In this document: positions 10,627-23,062 of the stretch, one piece after another
Layout: each line of letters starts with the position of its first letter
How positions within the stretch are numbered: position 1 is the first letter of the stretch
Origin: Eledone cirrhosa
Lineage: Eukaryota
Direction of reading: 5' to 3'
DNA length: 64,000 nucleotides
NCBI GenBank assembly: GCA_964016885.1
Contig: OZ024756.1
Span: forward strand, 36,580,001 to 36,644,000
Made by a program: the position numbers and the translations under genes
The notes under the pieces: generated by a model
What the model was told of the DNA's origin: nothing
The model's database searches: none
What the model saw: only the letters and a program-made list of their open reading frames with translations

Positions 10627-12717
10627 TTACCGTACTTTTGGTAGAGGAGGGATGGTTTTTACATCCCTTTTCACTTGATCGTCTGGTGAAGGGACCGTTG
10701 AATCGTCCCTTCGGCTGGTCGTCGGCTCTTCTAAGAATATGTCTGAGTATACTCTTCGATTGATGGTTCCTCCTAGGTCCCTGAAATCACCAACTGCGTT
10801 GGGGAATTTCGTTTTAATGTTTGTGTATTGTTTCTGTGCTATTTTTAGCAGTCTTATGTTAGTTGGCGTTTTGATTGGTGCTGGTATTATGTAGTCCTGT
10901 TGTGAAATGTCTGTGTGTTCAATTATGTAAGTCATTAGTTTCTTGTTGTGTGTATTTATTGCCGTGCATTTGTTTTTCTGGGGGTGGGGTGTGGTTCTGC
11001 TATTTTCTTGTCGTTGTTGCTGGGTGTGTGTGTTTTGTTGTTGTGTTTGCGATGTTGGTGCTTGTGTTGAAGGTGTTGTTGGCGGTGGGGTTGTCGCCGG
11101 TGGCGATGGTGGTGCTAGTGTGGGTGGTGATGGTGTTGGTGTTGTTGCTGCTGTGGGTCTCTTTGCAGTAGACTTTACCCTTTTCTCATTTCTTTCCTCC
11201 CTTTTCAAAGGCGACGATGCGCTGCTTCTGCGTTTGTGCCTTCTTACGACCTTTTGCCATCCCTCTCCCACCTCACACTCCATGTCTGATTCTGTGAGGT
11301 CGGGGAGGGGTACCAGCTCCACTCTTTCACTTGTTGTTGTTGGTGATGTTTGCACTGGAGTCTCTGTTGCAGCTGCATTTGGTATTGCTGTTGTTGTTGT
11401 TAATATTTCCACTGCTGCTGCTGTTTTTGATTTCCGTGGAGTGGGTATGGGTGCCACGGGCCTATCGTTCCTGGTTGCCGCTTGTCCTGTTGCTGGTAGC
11501 CGTGGAGCCGGATTCGGAAGGAGGGGGGTTTTCTCCTTTCTCAGGGTCTTCTCGTTGCAGAAGGCCCTGAGGTGAGTCTTCGATCCACAGCGAAAGCATT
11601 TCGGGCGTTTGCCCTCAACACTTATGGGCAGTTGAGTGCCGTTATCGAAGTCTATCACATCCGGGATAGCTTCGATGCACTCCTGGTTGGTTTGGATTAG
11701 CATCTCAATGGAGGAGCCGACCCAATCTTCTCTTACTTTTTTCTGTACTTGCAGTACAGTTGTTTTGTCCTCGATTCCGACGAGGACAGACGCGGCCAGC
11801 CAAGAAGGGGTCATTCCGGGGGGGGGGACGTGGGTCAGTTTGACCCTCACAATTTTTTGCCCGCAGTAGGAGGGCACCAACACCATTTCCTCGCTCCTTA
11901 GGGTCATTACTGATTGGGCCTTTGCCTCCTGGGGTGTGGCAAAAAGTACGTCTACGGTGGCATATTTTTTGCCTCGGGTGATGTGCGTTTTCCGCTGCCA
12001 CACAGACCCCAAGGCTTTTTGTATTTGGGCCTCTGTGGCTCTTTCCACCCTACGGGATTTTGTACTTACTGTACGGTACGTGACCGTACAGTGCTCTTGG
12101 GTTTCGAAAAATTTTTCCGCTGCTTTGCAGATTGCTCGGTGTCCGTTCTTTGTCACCATCTTCTTCGCTTCCTCTAATTCCTCATTTGTTATGAGGATTG
12201 TTTCCAAGTTTTTCGCAATACCTGCAAATGAGATTGGTTTTTCTCTGCTGTTGTTGTTGTCGTCAGAGCTGCTGGTACTTTTGTTGTTGCTGCAGGTACT
12301 ACGACTACTGCCTCCGCCGCTGTTGCTGTGGTTGTTGTTGGTGTTGCTGCTGCTAATGCTGTTGTTGTTTATGCTGCTGGTGATGCTGTTGCGGCTGCTA
12401 CTGTTGTTTTCATTGTCACTGTTGCTGCTGTTATTACGGCTGCTACTGCTATTATTCCTGACGTCAGACGAATGAACTGGGTTTTCGTATTTCCCGCACA
12501 CCTGTTTCGTCGCTGTCGTCGTCGTCGTGGAGAAACCTTGCACGCTTTGCACGAGACTTTTCTTTTCTTTCGTCACTTGCGAAAGAGAAGGGAGGGAGAG
12601 AGACACATTTAAAGAAGGGAGGGAGAGAGACAATCTTCTCTCTGCTGTAGTGATGATTGAGGAAGAAGAAGACGGAATGAGTGGGAGTGACGTATGAAAT
12701 TTCTTTTTCGTAGCCAT
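10627..12717 (-). CDS. LINE ORF1, gag-like protein with CCHC zinc knuckle
   Basis: CFRCGSKTHLRAFC; 696 aa uninterrupted. Confidence 0.88.
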   Translation of the reverse strand: MATKKKFHTSLPLIPSSSSSIITTAERRLSLSLPSLNVSLSLPSLSQVTKEKKSLVQSVQGFSTTTTTATKQVCGKYENPVHSSDVRNNSSSSRNNSSNSDNENNSSSRNSITSSINNNSISSSNTNNNHSNSGGGSSRSTCSNNKSTSSSDDNNNSREKPISFAGIAKNLETILITNEELEEAKKMVTKNGHRAICKAAEKFFETQEHCTVTYRTVSTKSRRVERATEAQIQKALGSVWQRKTHITRGKKYATVDVLFATPQEAKAQSVMTLRSEEMVLVPSYCGQKIVRVKLTHVPPPGMTPSWLAASVLVGIEDKTTVLQVQKKVREDWVGSSIEMLIQTNQECIEAIPDVIDFDNGTQLPISVEGKRPKCFRCGSKTHLRAFCNEKTLRKEKTPLLPNPAPRLPATGQAATRNDRPVAPIPTPRKSKTAAAVEILTTTTAIPNAAATETPVQTSPTTTSERVELVPLPDLTESDMECEVGEGWQKVVRRHKRRSSASSPLKREERNEKRVKSTAKRPTAATTPTPSPPTLAPPSPPATTPPPTTPSTQAPTSQTQQQNTHTQQQRQENSRTTPHPQKNKCTAINTHNKKLMTYIIEHTDISQQDYIIPAPIKTPTNIRLLKIAQKQYTNIKTKFPNAVGDFRDLGGTINRRVYSDIFLEEPTTSRRDDSTVPSPDDQVKRDVKTIPPLPKVR

Positions 12718-13189
12718 GTTGTTTTTTGTTTAAAATGAAATTTTGGGTACAAAACCCCAATAACTGGTTATTTAACCCCGAAGGGCCAAATAACGGACAG
12801 AAAGACCCCTCTCACGAGGAGGAGGGTGTCTTTATCAACAATTTGGTTCAAGTTTTAAACAATTTACAATTGTTTTAACGGTTAAAAATTACTATACCTT
12901 ACAGAGCCGAGCCTCCGTCAACCATGGCATTCAATAATAATAATAATAATAATAATAATTGTGTCTACTTTTGGCACAAGGCCAGCAATTACCCAGTACA
13001 TTACTGGTACCTTATTTTATTGACCCCGTAAGGATGAAAGGCAAAGTTAACCTTGGCGGGATTTGAACTCAGAATGGCAAGGGTCATAACTCTATGAGTC
13101 AAAGCATGGCGTTCGACCCGCTACCGATACTGCCAATCCACTGCCCTACATATTATATAATAATAATAATAATAATGATAATAATAATA

Positions 13190-14375
13190 CGGCTATTCCC
13201 CGCCGGCCGCCATCCCGGTATTTCTTGGTCACGGGGTTTTCTTTTATTGTTTTGTTGTTTTTTAAATTGTTATGGATGATCAAACTCGTTTTGAAACACG
13301 AAAGCATCAAAAGATCATACTCCATTACAAAAGATGCACAAAGATACAGTAATGGACTACAAATTTCAGAAGTCCCATTTACTGCTGAAATGGAAAACAC
13401 AGAAAAAGCAAAGCAAGTAAAAGTAACTGCAAAGAAAGAACTGCTACAGAAACTGGCTAAGAAATGGCAAGAAAAGCCTCTGTATGGAAAATACCCAGAA
13501 AGAGCTAACAATCCTGATGTTGACAAAACTTTAACCCATCAGTGGTTGGCATCCTCTGGACTGAAATCGGAGACTGAAGGAATGATTATATCAGCACAAG
13601 ATCAGTGTCTGCCAACAAAAAATTACCAACCCAACATAATAAAAAAATGGATGCAGCCCATTATGCCGTTTATGTAAAAATCAACCAGAGACCATTGATC
13701 ATATAATTTCAATGTGCAGTCCTATAGTTCCAACCGAATACCTAAACAGGCATGACAGAGCTCCACAATACATACATTGGATAATGTGTAAGCATTTTGA
13801 CCTGCCCCATCAAAAGAATTGGTGGGAGCATCAACCACTTCCCATACTTGAAAAAGATCACATCTCAATCTTGTGGAACTTTAGCATCCAAACAGACCGA
13901 AAAATAGATGCAAATAGACCTGATATAATACTGAAGGACTTTAAAAAGAGGGTATGCCTGCTAATTGATATGTCCGTTCCAATAGACAAGAATGTATCTA
14001 TAAAAACATTTGAAAAATTGAGCAAGTATAAGGACCTGGAGATAGCAATTGGAAAAATGTGGAAATTGAGAACTAAAACAATACCAGTGGTTGTAGGCGC
14101 TCTAGGAATGATACCTAAGGGATCTAATGATTACTTATCGCAAATCCCAGGAAACCCGCGTATAGGAGAAATACATAAGATAGTACTAATGGGAACTGCC
14201 CATATACTAAGGAAGATTCTGTCAATATAAGTACATCACAAGTCTAAACACCTAAAGATGTATGTGTGTGTATGTATGTTCTTTCTTGAACATGGCGGAC
14301 CTTGTTGTCTCTTGAGGTCACTGGTTGTGACTTGGTGATAACTCGTATGAACATAAAGCAAGATAAATGCAGCTG
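13190..14375 (+). mobile_element. 5'-truncated R4/Dong-like (RLE endonuclease) non-LTR element
   Basis: LKSETEGMIISAQDQ, RHD, NRPDI, KLSKYKDL, PVVVGALG; (AAT)n on both flanks. Confidence 0.85.
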
Positions 14376-14512
14376 TAATAATAATAATAATAATAATGAT
14401 TTCGATAAAATAAAGTACCAGTCACGCACTGGGGTCGATTTAATCAACTTTCCCCTCCCCCAAAATTGCTGGCCTTGTGCCTATATAAGAAACCATTATT
14501 AGTGAATGTAAA

Positions 14513-14736
14513 AGGGGCTTTCGTCCCTTCGTGTCTTATTGCACGCACCCCAGCTGTGACAACACAGCCTTCATGCTTAGCGTTGAAGAATTGGTGGAGG
14601 GCCAATCTGGCCGCTTGCACGTCGGCTGCGATGCCTTTTCTAAGCGCTTCGTTTAGTTTTCTAACTAGTCCTCCATCTTGTCTATTCTTTTCTATCACTA
14701 TAGCCTTGCTAAACCTAATGGATTCTACTTCGATCG
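14513..14736 (-). mobile_element. Diverged internal fragment of Tx1-like ORF2
   Basis: ESIRFSKA..FFNAKHEGCVV matches about 9510-9725. Confidence 0.85.
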
Positions 14737-14765
14737 AACACACACACACCCACATATATATACAT

Positions 14766-14827
<62 letters not shown>

Positions 14828-15554
14828 TTTAGTACAGCATTGACGAAGCTTTAGAATACGGCCAAGCTAACGTATATGCATAATCGGTCTGTAGCTTGAG
14901 CACTCAGATGAGGTAAGACCCCAGAGTAATAACATTACGTTCAGACAGCTTAACAAATCAGATATAGCGGTCGGCAGTCCAGCCGCATCACTAGAGCAAC
15001 GAAAATACAGGACCCAGGAAAAGATTTTATACTGACCCGGACATAGCGGTGAGGCTGAGTGCAAAATATATAACTTATATCGTATATCAACAATATAGAT
15101 GACATATAGCATCCAACATCAGCGCTAAGTTTCTGCAAATCCAAGATCGACAAATTCCTATTGCAGGAGTCTGCAATATAATGGTTTTTGACGACAGAAC
15201 ATATGATTTCCTTCTTCAGCAGGAAAAGAGTCAGGACCCCGACGGCTGGGCTCCAGCCGTTTCGACAGCCAGGTTCAGACCTGGCTGTCGAAACAGCCGA
15301 AGCTCAGCCGTCGGGGTCCTGACTCTTTTCCTATTATCCACTCTACTGTCCAGTATCGAGTACTTTGGTGCGTTATGGTCCACCTGGTTATTCACTACAC
15401 TTCCTCCTTCGTTTTATATATATACTAGTTGAGGTACCCGGCTTTGCCAAGGTTAACAAATGATAAGAGAAGACCGGCAGAAGAGAAAACGTCTGCATTG
15501 AATGCATTGTCTTGTTTACAGTGAGTGTGTATTGTGTGTATGTGTGTGTATTGT

Positions 15555-15666
<112 letters not shown>

Positions 15667-15683
15667 GCGTGTGTGTGTGTGTG

Positions 15684-15724
<41 letters not shown>

Positions 15725-16680
15725 GTGTGTGTGTGTGTGCCTGTGTGAGTATTCGTGTGCGTGCATGTGCGTGTGTGTGTGTAAACCACCGTTGGAATCG
15801 GAGACATAGGCCGCGAAACACGATCATCACTGACAACGAACTCGCAGAGAGAATCCCTTATGGTTGACTCCAAGCTTGCTAGAAATAGCAGTAAGGTTGG
15901 TTAGCATACGTGGTATGTCTTCTTTTGTGTTATAAAATTAGTATCAATAAACTTTCCTGGATATACTCTTATCCCAATCCTGTACATACTTTCCGATTGT
16001 CACTTTTCGTTTTCTTCGTGTGATACGCGAAGGAACCAACCAACAAACACCTCTCTTTTATATCTCTTTTATTTGTTCATTCAAAATATTTTTCAGCTAA
16101 TTCTGTCGTACAATATACATCAGCAATCGTTATCTAATGTTTAAAACATATGAATAGCTGCGATATATGCACTATATCAATCAAAAACGATATGAGAATT
16201 GAATACCATACTAAAGCACCAGTAAGCTTGCTAAGAACCTGCAGATAGAAATGTTAATAAATACATTTGGCTTGGGTAAACTTTAAGATGTTCTTTCATT
16301 GAAGTTTTCTTTACTCCTTCTCTCCTTCTTCTCCTCTTCCTTAGCTCACCCTAGAGCATCCTACATACACTTGACCATGGTTTTCCCAGATGAAGGCCAG
16401 CCACTTTTAGAGTTTGACCCTGAGCTTTGTTGATGGTAATCGCGAAGCTTAGTCTCTCTGTTGCTCTAGTAACATTTTTTCTTCTGGAAAATCTGATCTT
16501 GCGGCCAAGCTAGGACTTTTTGGGTGGCATATCGGCAGTAATAGTGACGATAAGCCGTCTGTGTTTTTGTGAAATAAATTCGTTTGTTTATATTTTGTTT
16601 CTGTGTATGCAAAAATATCTGTACACGAATATACAATTATATATATATATATATATATATTCTCTCTCATCTTATTACAG

Positions 16681-16953
16681 TAAGTTTAATCGTGGTACTA
16701 TATATACCACCTCTCTGTGTTTGGTCGTTTGGAATGAGCCAAGAGAGATCAGCCATTTTGATGTCACTTCTAGGATTATTTACAACAATTGGTGAGCTAT
16801 TACTTGGTGTGTTTCTGGATCTACTTCATTTTAGTAGCAACAAGATGCATATCTTTTCTCTGTTGATGATCGGTATTACTGTCATAATGATGCCACACTG
16901 TTATACCTTCGAATATATCGCACCAGTTATCTGTGTCGTCGGTATTTCCCTCG
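16681..16953 (+). CDS. MCT paralog A exon 6 (TM7-TM10)
   Basis: ttacag|TAAGT..CTCG|gtatgt; 273 nt as in B, C and D. Confidence 0.88.
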
Positions 16954-17480
16954 GTATGTATATATATATATTTTTTACAGAATATATTTTACTAATATTG
17001 TTTTTATTCTGTTGTTGACTTTCTGTATAAACTTGAGAAATATATCTAAATAAATCTTACCACATTTTGTTTAAGATTATGAATTGATAAACACTGTTAG
17101 ATATTGAAATAAATATATTGATATTTGCCACAGTAAAATGAACAACAGTCATACACTAAACCTATATTTCACGGAGCAGTCGGCTGGCTCGGCCTGTCAA
17201 TAGAATTGATGTGTTCACTGTCAACCCATGTACATAGGCATCAAAAATATGTTTACGCCTACATTGGATTACAGCAGTGAGCAGGGAGAGGGAGTGCTGT
17301 CTTGATAACGACCATAATCAGAAACAGTCGGATATCGGCAGATTACCCGCTCTTGCTTCTGCTGGAATCCACCTGATGGCGCTAACCATTATCAGCTTCC
17401 AAACTTCATAGCTAAAAGATGTATGTATGTATGTATGTATGTATGTATGTATGTATGTATGTATGTATGTATGTATGTAT

Positions 17481-17997
17481 GTTCTCTCTTTCTCTTAATT
17501 TTGAGTATTTTTTTTTGACCGGCCACCTTCCTGGTGGCAAGGTTGTAAAAGAAAAGAAATTGTCATCCCTTGAATCGCAAGAATGTTTTTTAAATTTTGA
17601 AGGTGCCAGCCATCGCAGCCATTTGTAGACTATGAATTAGGGTGCTGCGCTTTTTGTCCGCAAATCCAAGTTCAGTCATACTTTGGTCCAAGCGGGTTGG
17701 TATATAACCCGTAGCTCCAATAATGATGGATATGAAGCTAAAGGTGTATCTTGGATACTGGATTTGTAAACTCCTCATCAATGGTCCGTAGATGTCCTCC
17801 TTCTCCTGTATTTTTCTGACAACGTTTACATCAAGTGGGCAGTTGATCTCCACAACAGAACACGTTTTCAATGTGTGGTCCCAAACAACAATATCAGGCC
17901 GGTTGTGCTTTAATTTGGTGGCAGTTTTTATTTTCAGGTTCCACCAGTATTCCTTAGTGCCATCTGTCTCAATATATTCTTCCTCGTTTGTTGTTAA
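17481..17997 (-). mobile_element. RLE-type non-LTR 3' fragment, (CATA)n-tailed family
   Basis: KHNRPDIVVWD..VEINCPLD; (ATGT)n on both flanks. Confidence 0.82.
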
Positions 17998-18323
17998 TTG
18001 TATGTATGTATGTATGTATGTATGTATGTATGTATGTATGTATGTATGTATGTATGTATGTACGTATATCGACAGTCGATCGACTTTCGTCAAATGTATA
18101 TATGCGAGACAACCACCGCAGAAACTTAAACCCTCCATCTCAATTTTACTTTTGACAATCATAAGAACTGTGAAACCGGTAAAGTAAATAAATAAATATT
18201 CTTAAAAGACTCCAGTTCCATTTTCAATTTCTTTTCCTCATACTTTCACCCGCGTGGGACATCTCGTTTTTTTTCTAATGTTTTAAAATGTTCTGTTGTC
18301 CTTATCTATGTGTACCACAACAG

Positions 18324-18449
18324 GGTTTACTGTATCACTCAGACTGATCCTCACATCAGAAGTAGTTGGTCTACAACAAACCACAAATGCCTACAGCATT
18401 CTCAGTGTCGGCAGCGGAGTCGCAGGATTAGTGGCTCCCCCTATCTTTG
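18324..18449 (+). CDS. MCT paralog A exon 7
   Basis: caacag|GGTTT..TTTG|gtaagt; EVVGL..AYS..GLVAPPIFG (TM11). Confidence 0.9.
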
Positions 18450-18455
18450 GTAAGT

Positions 18456-18490
<35 letters not shown>

Positions 18491-19026
18491 AGGGTGGTGG
18501 ATTGGCAGTCTCGGTAGAGAGTCGGCCAAATGTTTTGCGGCATAGAGTTACGGCCTTTACGGTCTGAGTTCAAATCCCACCGAGGTTAACTTTGCATTAC
18601 GGGGTCGATAAAATAGAGTACCAGTAATGCACCGGGATAATTGCTGGCCTTGTGCCAAAAGTAGAAACATTATTTTAAAGGGCGGTAGATTAGCAGTATT
18701 GGTAGAGGGTCGGACGCCATGCTTTGCAGCATAGAGATACGGCCCTTTATGATCTGAGTTCAAATCCCATCGAGGCTAACTATGCCTTTCATTCTTACAG
18801 GGTCGATAAAATAAAGTACCAGTCACGCACTGGGGTCGATTTAATCGACTTTCCCTTCCCCAAAATTACTGGCTTTGTGCCTATACTAGAAATCATCATT
18901 ATTAGCCAATTGTGAAAATCTTACTGCCTTTCCATTCCACCATTTTTTTTTTTCATTCTGATATTGTAAACCTATTTTGACAATATTTGTTTACTGATCA
19001 ATAATAAATAATTTTGTCATTTTCAG

Positions 19027-19148
19027 GATTGATTTATGACATAACTGGGTCATTCTTACCTGTTTTCTATGGAGCTGGAACCTGTGCCTTCATTGCCTTA
19101 ATATTTATTCTGTTAATTCCATTTCGTAACAGATTTTGTACAAAATAA
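19027..19148 (+). CDS. MCT paralog A exon 8 (terminal)
   Basis: tttcag|GATTG; GLIYDITGSF..FYGAG (TM12); TAA ends at 19148. Confidence 0.9.
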
Positions 19149-19239
19149 ACCTTATTTTATAAAATGTTATTCCTAAGTTATTTTAACTGTATTTTAGTTT
19201 ATATGGTAGATTTGGTGAGGAGATCGTACCCAAAGTATA

Positions 19240-19279
<40 letters not shown>

Positions 19280-19282
19280 GAC

Positions 19283-19322
<40 letters not shown>

Positions 19323-19327
19323 GACGA

Positions 19328-19358
<31 letters not shown>

Positions 19359-19763
19359 ACGAATAAAATTTATTAGACATATGTCAATCGTTTCTCTGGG
19401 CGACCAGCTCGAAGCACAATCGACGCAATGATCGAACCTGACTCTGAAATCGCAAGATCCTCAGATATGTCACGATTCTTCGAAGCAGTGTTTCCAAATC
19501 TGTATGTATGTATAATTTGGAAACTCTGCTTCGAAGAATCGAGACGTATCTGAGGATCTTGCGATTTCAGAGTCAGGTTCGATCATTGTGTCGATCGTGC
19601 CGCAGGCTGGTCGCCAGAGAAACGATTGTAATATGTCTAATAAATTTTATTCGTCGCACCACTGATTCTCCGTTTCTTATGTGATATTATACTCTGCTCT
19701 GTACGACCATCGAGTGCTCAAACGGCGTACCGCATACGGAAGCTTTAAGCATCCCACACCAAT

Positions 19764-19824
<61 letters not shown>

Positions 19825-19953
19825 GAACAAAGAATCAATGTTGCATCATATACATATTTAATCACATATTACATATGTTCTACTGTCGATCAGCTCGAAG
19901 AACGATCTATTAATGATCGAACCCGACTCTGGAATCGGAAGCTCCTCAGATAT

Positions 19954-19994
<41 letters not shown>

Positions 19995-20485
19995 TATATA
20001 GTAATAATAGGTATGAACGAAGTGTCACATCTTCATTTAATTTATTCAGGTGTGACGCACGTTTCGCTAAAATTTCAATCTCTATCGATCAGGCCCAACT
20101 CTGGAATCAAAAGCTCGCCAGACTTCTGTTTGATTGATGAAGGAACGTTTCTCGTACAGCTTTAAAAAATATAAATATATATATCCGTTCTCATTCATTT
20201 GGCGGGATCAGTTGTTGTTGGTTTTGATTGTTGTTTTGGTATGAAGAGGTAGGAGAGGGGAAGGGAAGAAATAGAAAGAAATAAGGGCTTGAGAATATGA
20301 GTGGTGGTGGGTACAACCAGTGGTAAAGGTGAGGAGGGAGTGACGCGATGACCATTTTTATAGTGGACAGATAGGTGCATATGTGGTGGTATGAGGAGGT
20401 GGGGATAAGATTTAAGGAATTATGAAAGGTAATATATACGTATGTATGTATGTATGTATGTATGTATGTATGTATGTATGTATAT

Positions 20486-21082
20486 GTTGGTGCTACTGGT
20501 AACATGTATTCCAGTACAACCTGTCCCATAGTCGGGTCGTTGGCGACTAAACTGGCAACCCCACCAAGGTTTCTTGGTGAGGAGGGTGACTTTGGACATC
20601 CTGCAGGACTAAAAACAGAACCTGTCAAAGGGCAAAGGATCTCTTAAGAGTCAATGGCCATCCAAAATCACCGGGAGAGATTACCCCTTAGCCTTTGTCA
20701 AGGCAGAATTCTAGGAGAAGGAAAACTCTGATATAACACCTGCAACCCTGATGGTATCCAATGATGTTGACTTGGTCTTCTTTTTGGTAAATATCATCTT
20801 GGTTAAGAGAGTGGGACTGGCTTTGTGCAGTGCCTTTGCTCACTATAAAAGCTTCACGGCACAGGCATTGCTTTATATCTGGAGATCTCTCTGCACTTGT
20901 CATCACATGGTACCATGGGCCCAGCACTATGTGTCAATGAGTGTCACAAGTGTAGTGTTTGTACCAGAGTTTTCAAGTCGCTAACTGGACTAAAAAGTCA
21001 CACTCGTTCAGCGCATCGGTAGGGGTTCTGCTACATGGATATAAAGTAGTGGCCGTACTCGAAAACAAGTTGGCAGCCACCA
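20486..21082 (+). mobile_element. Interspersed non-coding retro-repeat embedded in (ATGT)n
   Basis: 3' part repeated at about 39293-39660; related sequence at about 22030-22350. Confidence 0.65.
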
Positions 21083-21095
21083 TGTATGTATATAT

Positions 21096-21687
21096 GTTCT
21101 CTCTTTCTCTTAATTCCGGGTATATTTTTGACCGGCCACCTTACTGGTGGCAAGGTTGTAAAAGAAAAGAAATTGTCATCCCTTGAATCGCAAGAATGTT
21201 TTGCAAACTTTGAAGGTGCCAGCTATCGCAGCCATTTGTAGACTATGAATTAGGGAGCTTCGCTCTTTGTCTGCAAATCCAAGTTCAGTCATACTTTGGT
21301 CCAAGCGGGTTGGTATATAACCCATAGCACCAATAATGATGGGTATGAAGCTAAAGGTGTATCTTGGATACTGGATTTGTAAACTCCTCATCAATGGTCC
21401 GTTGATGTCCTCCTTCTCTTGTATTTTTCTGACAACGTTTATATCAAGTGGGCAGCTGATCTCCACAACAGAACATGTTTTCAATGTGTGGTCCCAAACA
21501 ACAATATCAGGCCGGTTGTGCTTTAATTTGGTGGCAGTTTTTATTTTCAGGTTCAACCAGTATTTCTTAATGCCATCTGTCTCAGTATATTCTTCCTCGT
21601 TTGTTTTTAATTTTGTTTTCAGAAGTGCGTTCCAGATGGTTCTAGCTATCCCATCGTGTCTCATGGGGAGGTAGTAGCGAGATGACA
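21096..21687 (-). mobile_element. RLE-type non-LTR 3' fragment, (CATA)n-tailed family
   Basis: YYLPMRHDGIA..NRPDIVVWD; third copy at 40879-41147 (+). Confidence 0.82.
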
Positions 21688-22465
21688 TGTATGTATGTAT
21701 GTTCTTTTGGTTTTATAATTTCACAAATTTTTACCAATAGAGAGAGAGAGAGAGTCGGTTTCTAACATAGGTACAAGACTCTCTCATTGGAATTTACAAA
21801 ACATCAACAAGGTAGATATGTATGCATGTCTTCATGCATGCATATGTATGCAGGTATGGATATTATTGTATGTGTGGATCTGTAAGTTTTGAGTTATATG
21901 TGTGCATGTGCATATCCTTTGTATCTGTACATATGTATGTATGTATGTACGCATATATGATTGTATGTAAGTGTGTATACTTATATGTATGTATATATGT
22001 ATATATATATATATATAGAAATATTAGAAATAGTCGGGCTGGATACCCGATCCCGCGGTTAAACCACTGGGAGTGAAGGACCCCTAGCCTTTGTCAGGGC
22101 ATTCTTCTAGGAGAAGGCAACTCAGGAATCTGGGATAACTCCGACATAAAACCTGCGGCTCAGTAGTAACCGATGTGTTGATATTTTCTTCTTTTCGGGT
22201 TATAGCTACTGTCGCCCAGAGAGTGGGATTGGCTCAGTGCACACTCTCCTCACTTTAAAAAAAATATTCTCGCACAGGCATTGCACGCTAGAATTAATTA
22301 ATAATTTTTAATAATGGCCATACTCGTTAACGAGGGGATAGCCATCATGTATGTATATATGTATGGATGTGTGAATGTATGTATTTCTTTTGGGTGAATC
22401 CTCTCGACTCTGGGAATTGCGGAAACTCCTACGCCTTTAGCATTATATCGATCTAAATACCCCTT

Positions 22466-22530
<65 letters not shown>

Positions 22531-22940
22531 AGGAAAAGAAATCGAAAATGCGACTGGAGTTTTTTTAAGAATATTTATTTATTTCCTTTACCGGTTTCAC
22601 AGTTCTTATGCTTTTCAAAAGTAGAATTGAGAGATGGAGTGTTTGTGGTTTGGCTCGCATTTATCTATCTATCTATCTATCTATCTACTGTATATATATA
22701 TATATATATATATATATTAAGAACAGATTAAAGTTTAAGCAAAGAATCGTTGCTTTCACCCTTAACGGGATCTTCCGAAACTAAAAAAAATCAAACTGTG
22801 GACGCAGAAGTAAATATTTCAAAAAACGTTATATATCATATCCTTCGGACACTATCTCTTCTACAAACCTACAAACCTACCCTAATATAAACTAAAATAC
22901 AGTTAAAACAAGTTAGGAACAACATTTTATAAAATAAGGT

Positions 22941-23062
22941 TTATTTTATACAAAATTTGTTACGAAAAGGAATTAACAGGCTAAGTATTAGGGCAAGGAA
23001 GGCACAGGCTCCAACTCCATAATAAACAGTTAAGAATGACGCAGTGATGTCATAAATCAATC
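22941..23062 (-). CDS. MCT paralog B exon 8 (terminal)
   Basis: GLIYDITASF..; TAA at 22943-22941. Confidence 0.9.

Larger units (their letters stand above)
6925..12932 (-). mobile_element. Apparently full-length Tx1/L1-clade non-LTR retrotransposon in intron 5 of A
   Basis: ORF1 plus APE-RT ORF2; AATAAA near the 3' end; (AAT)n on both flanks. Confidence 0.92.
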
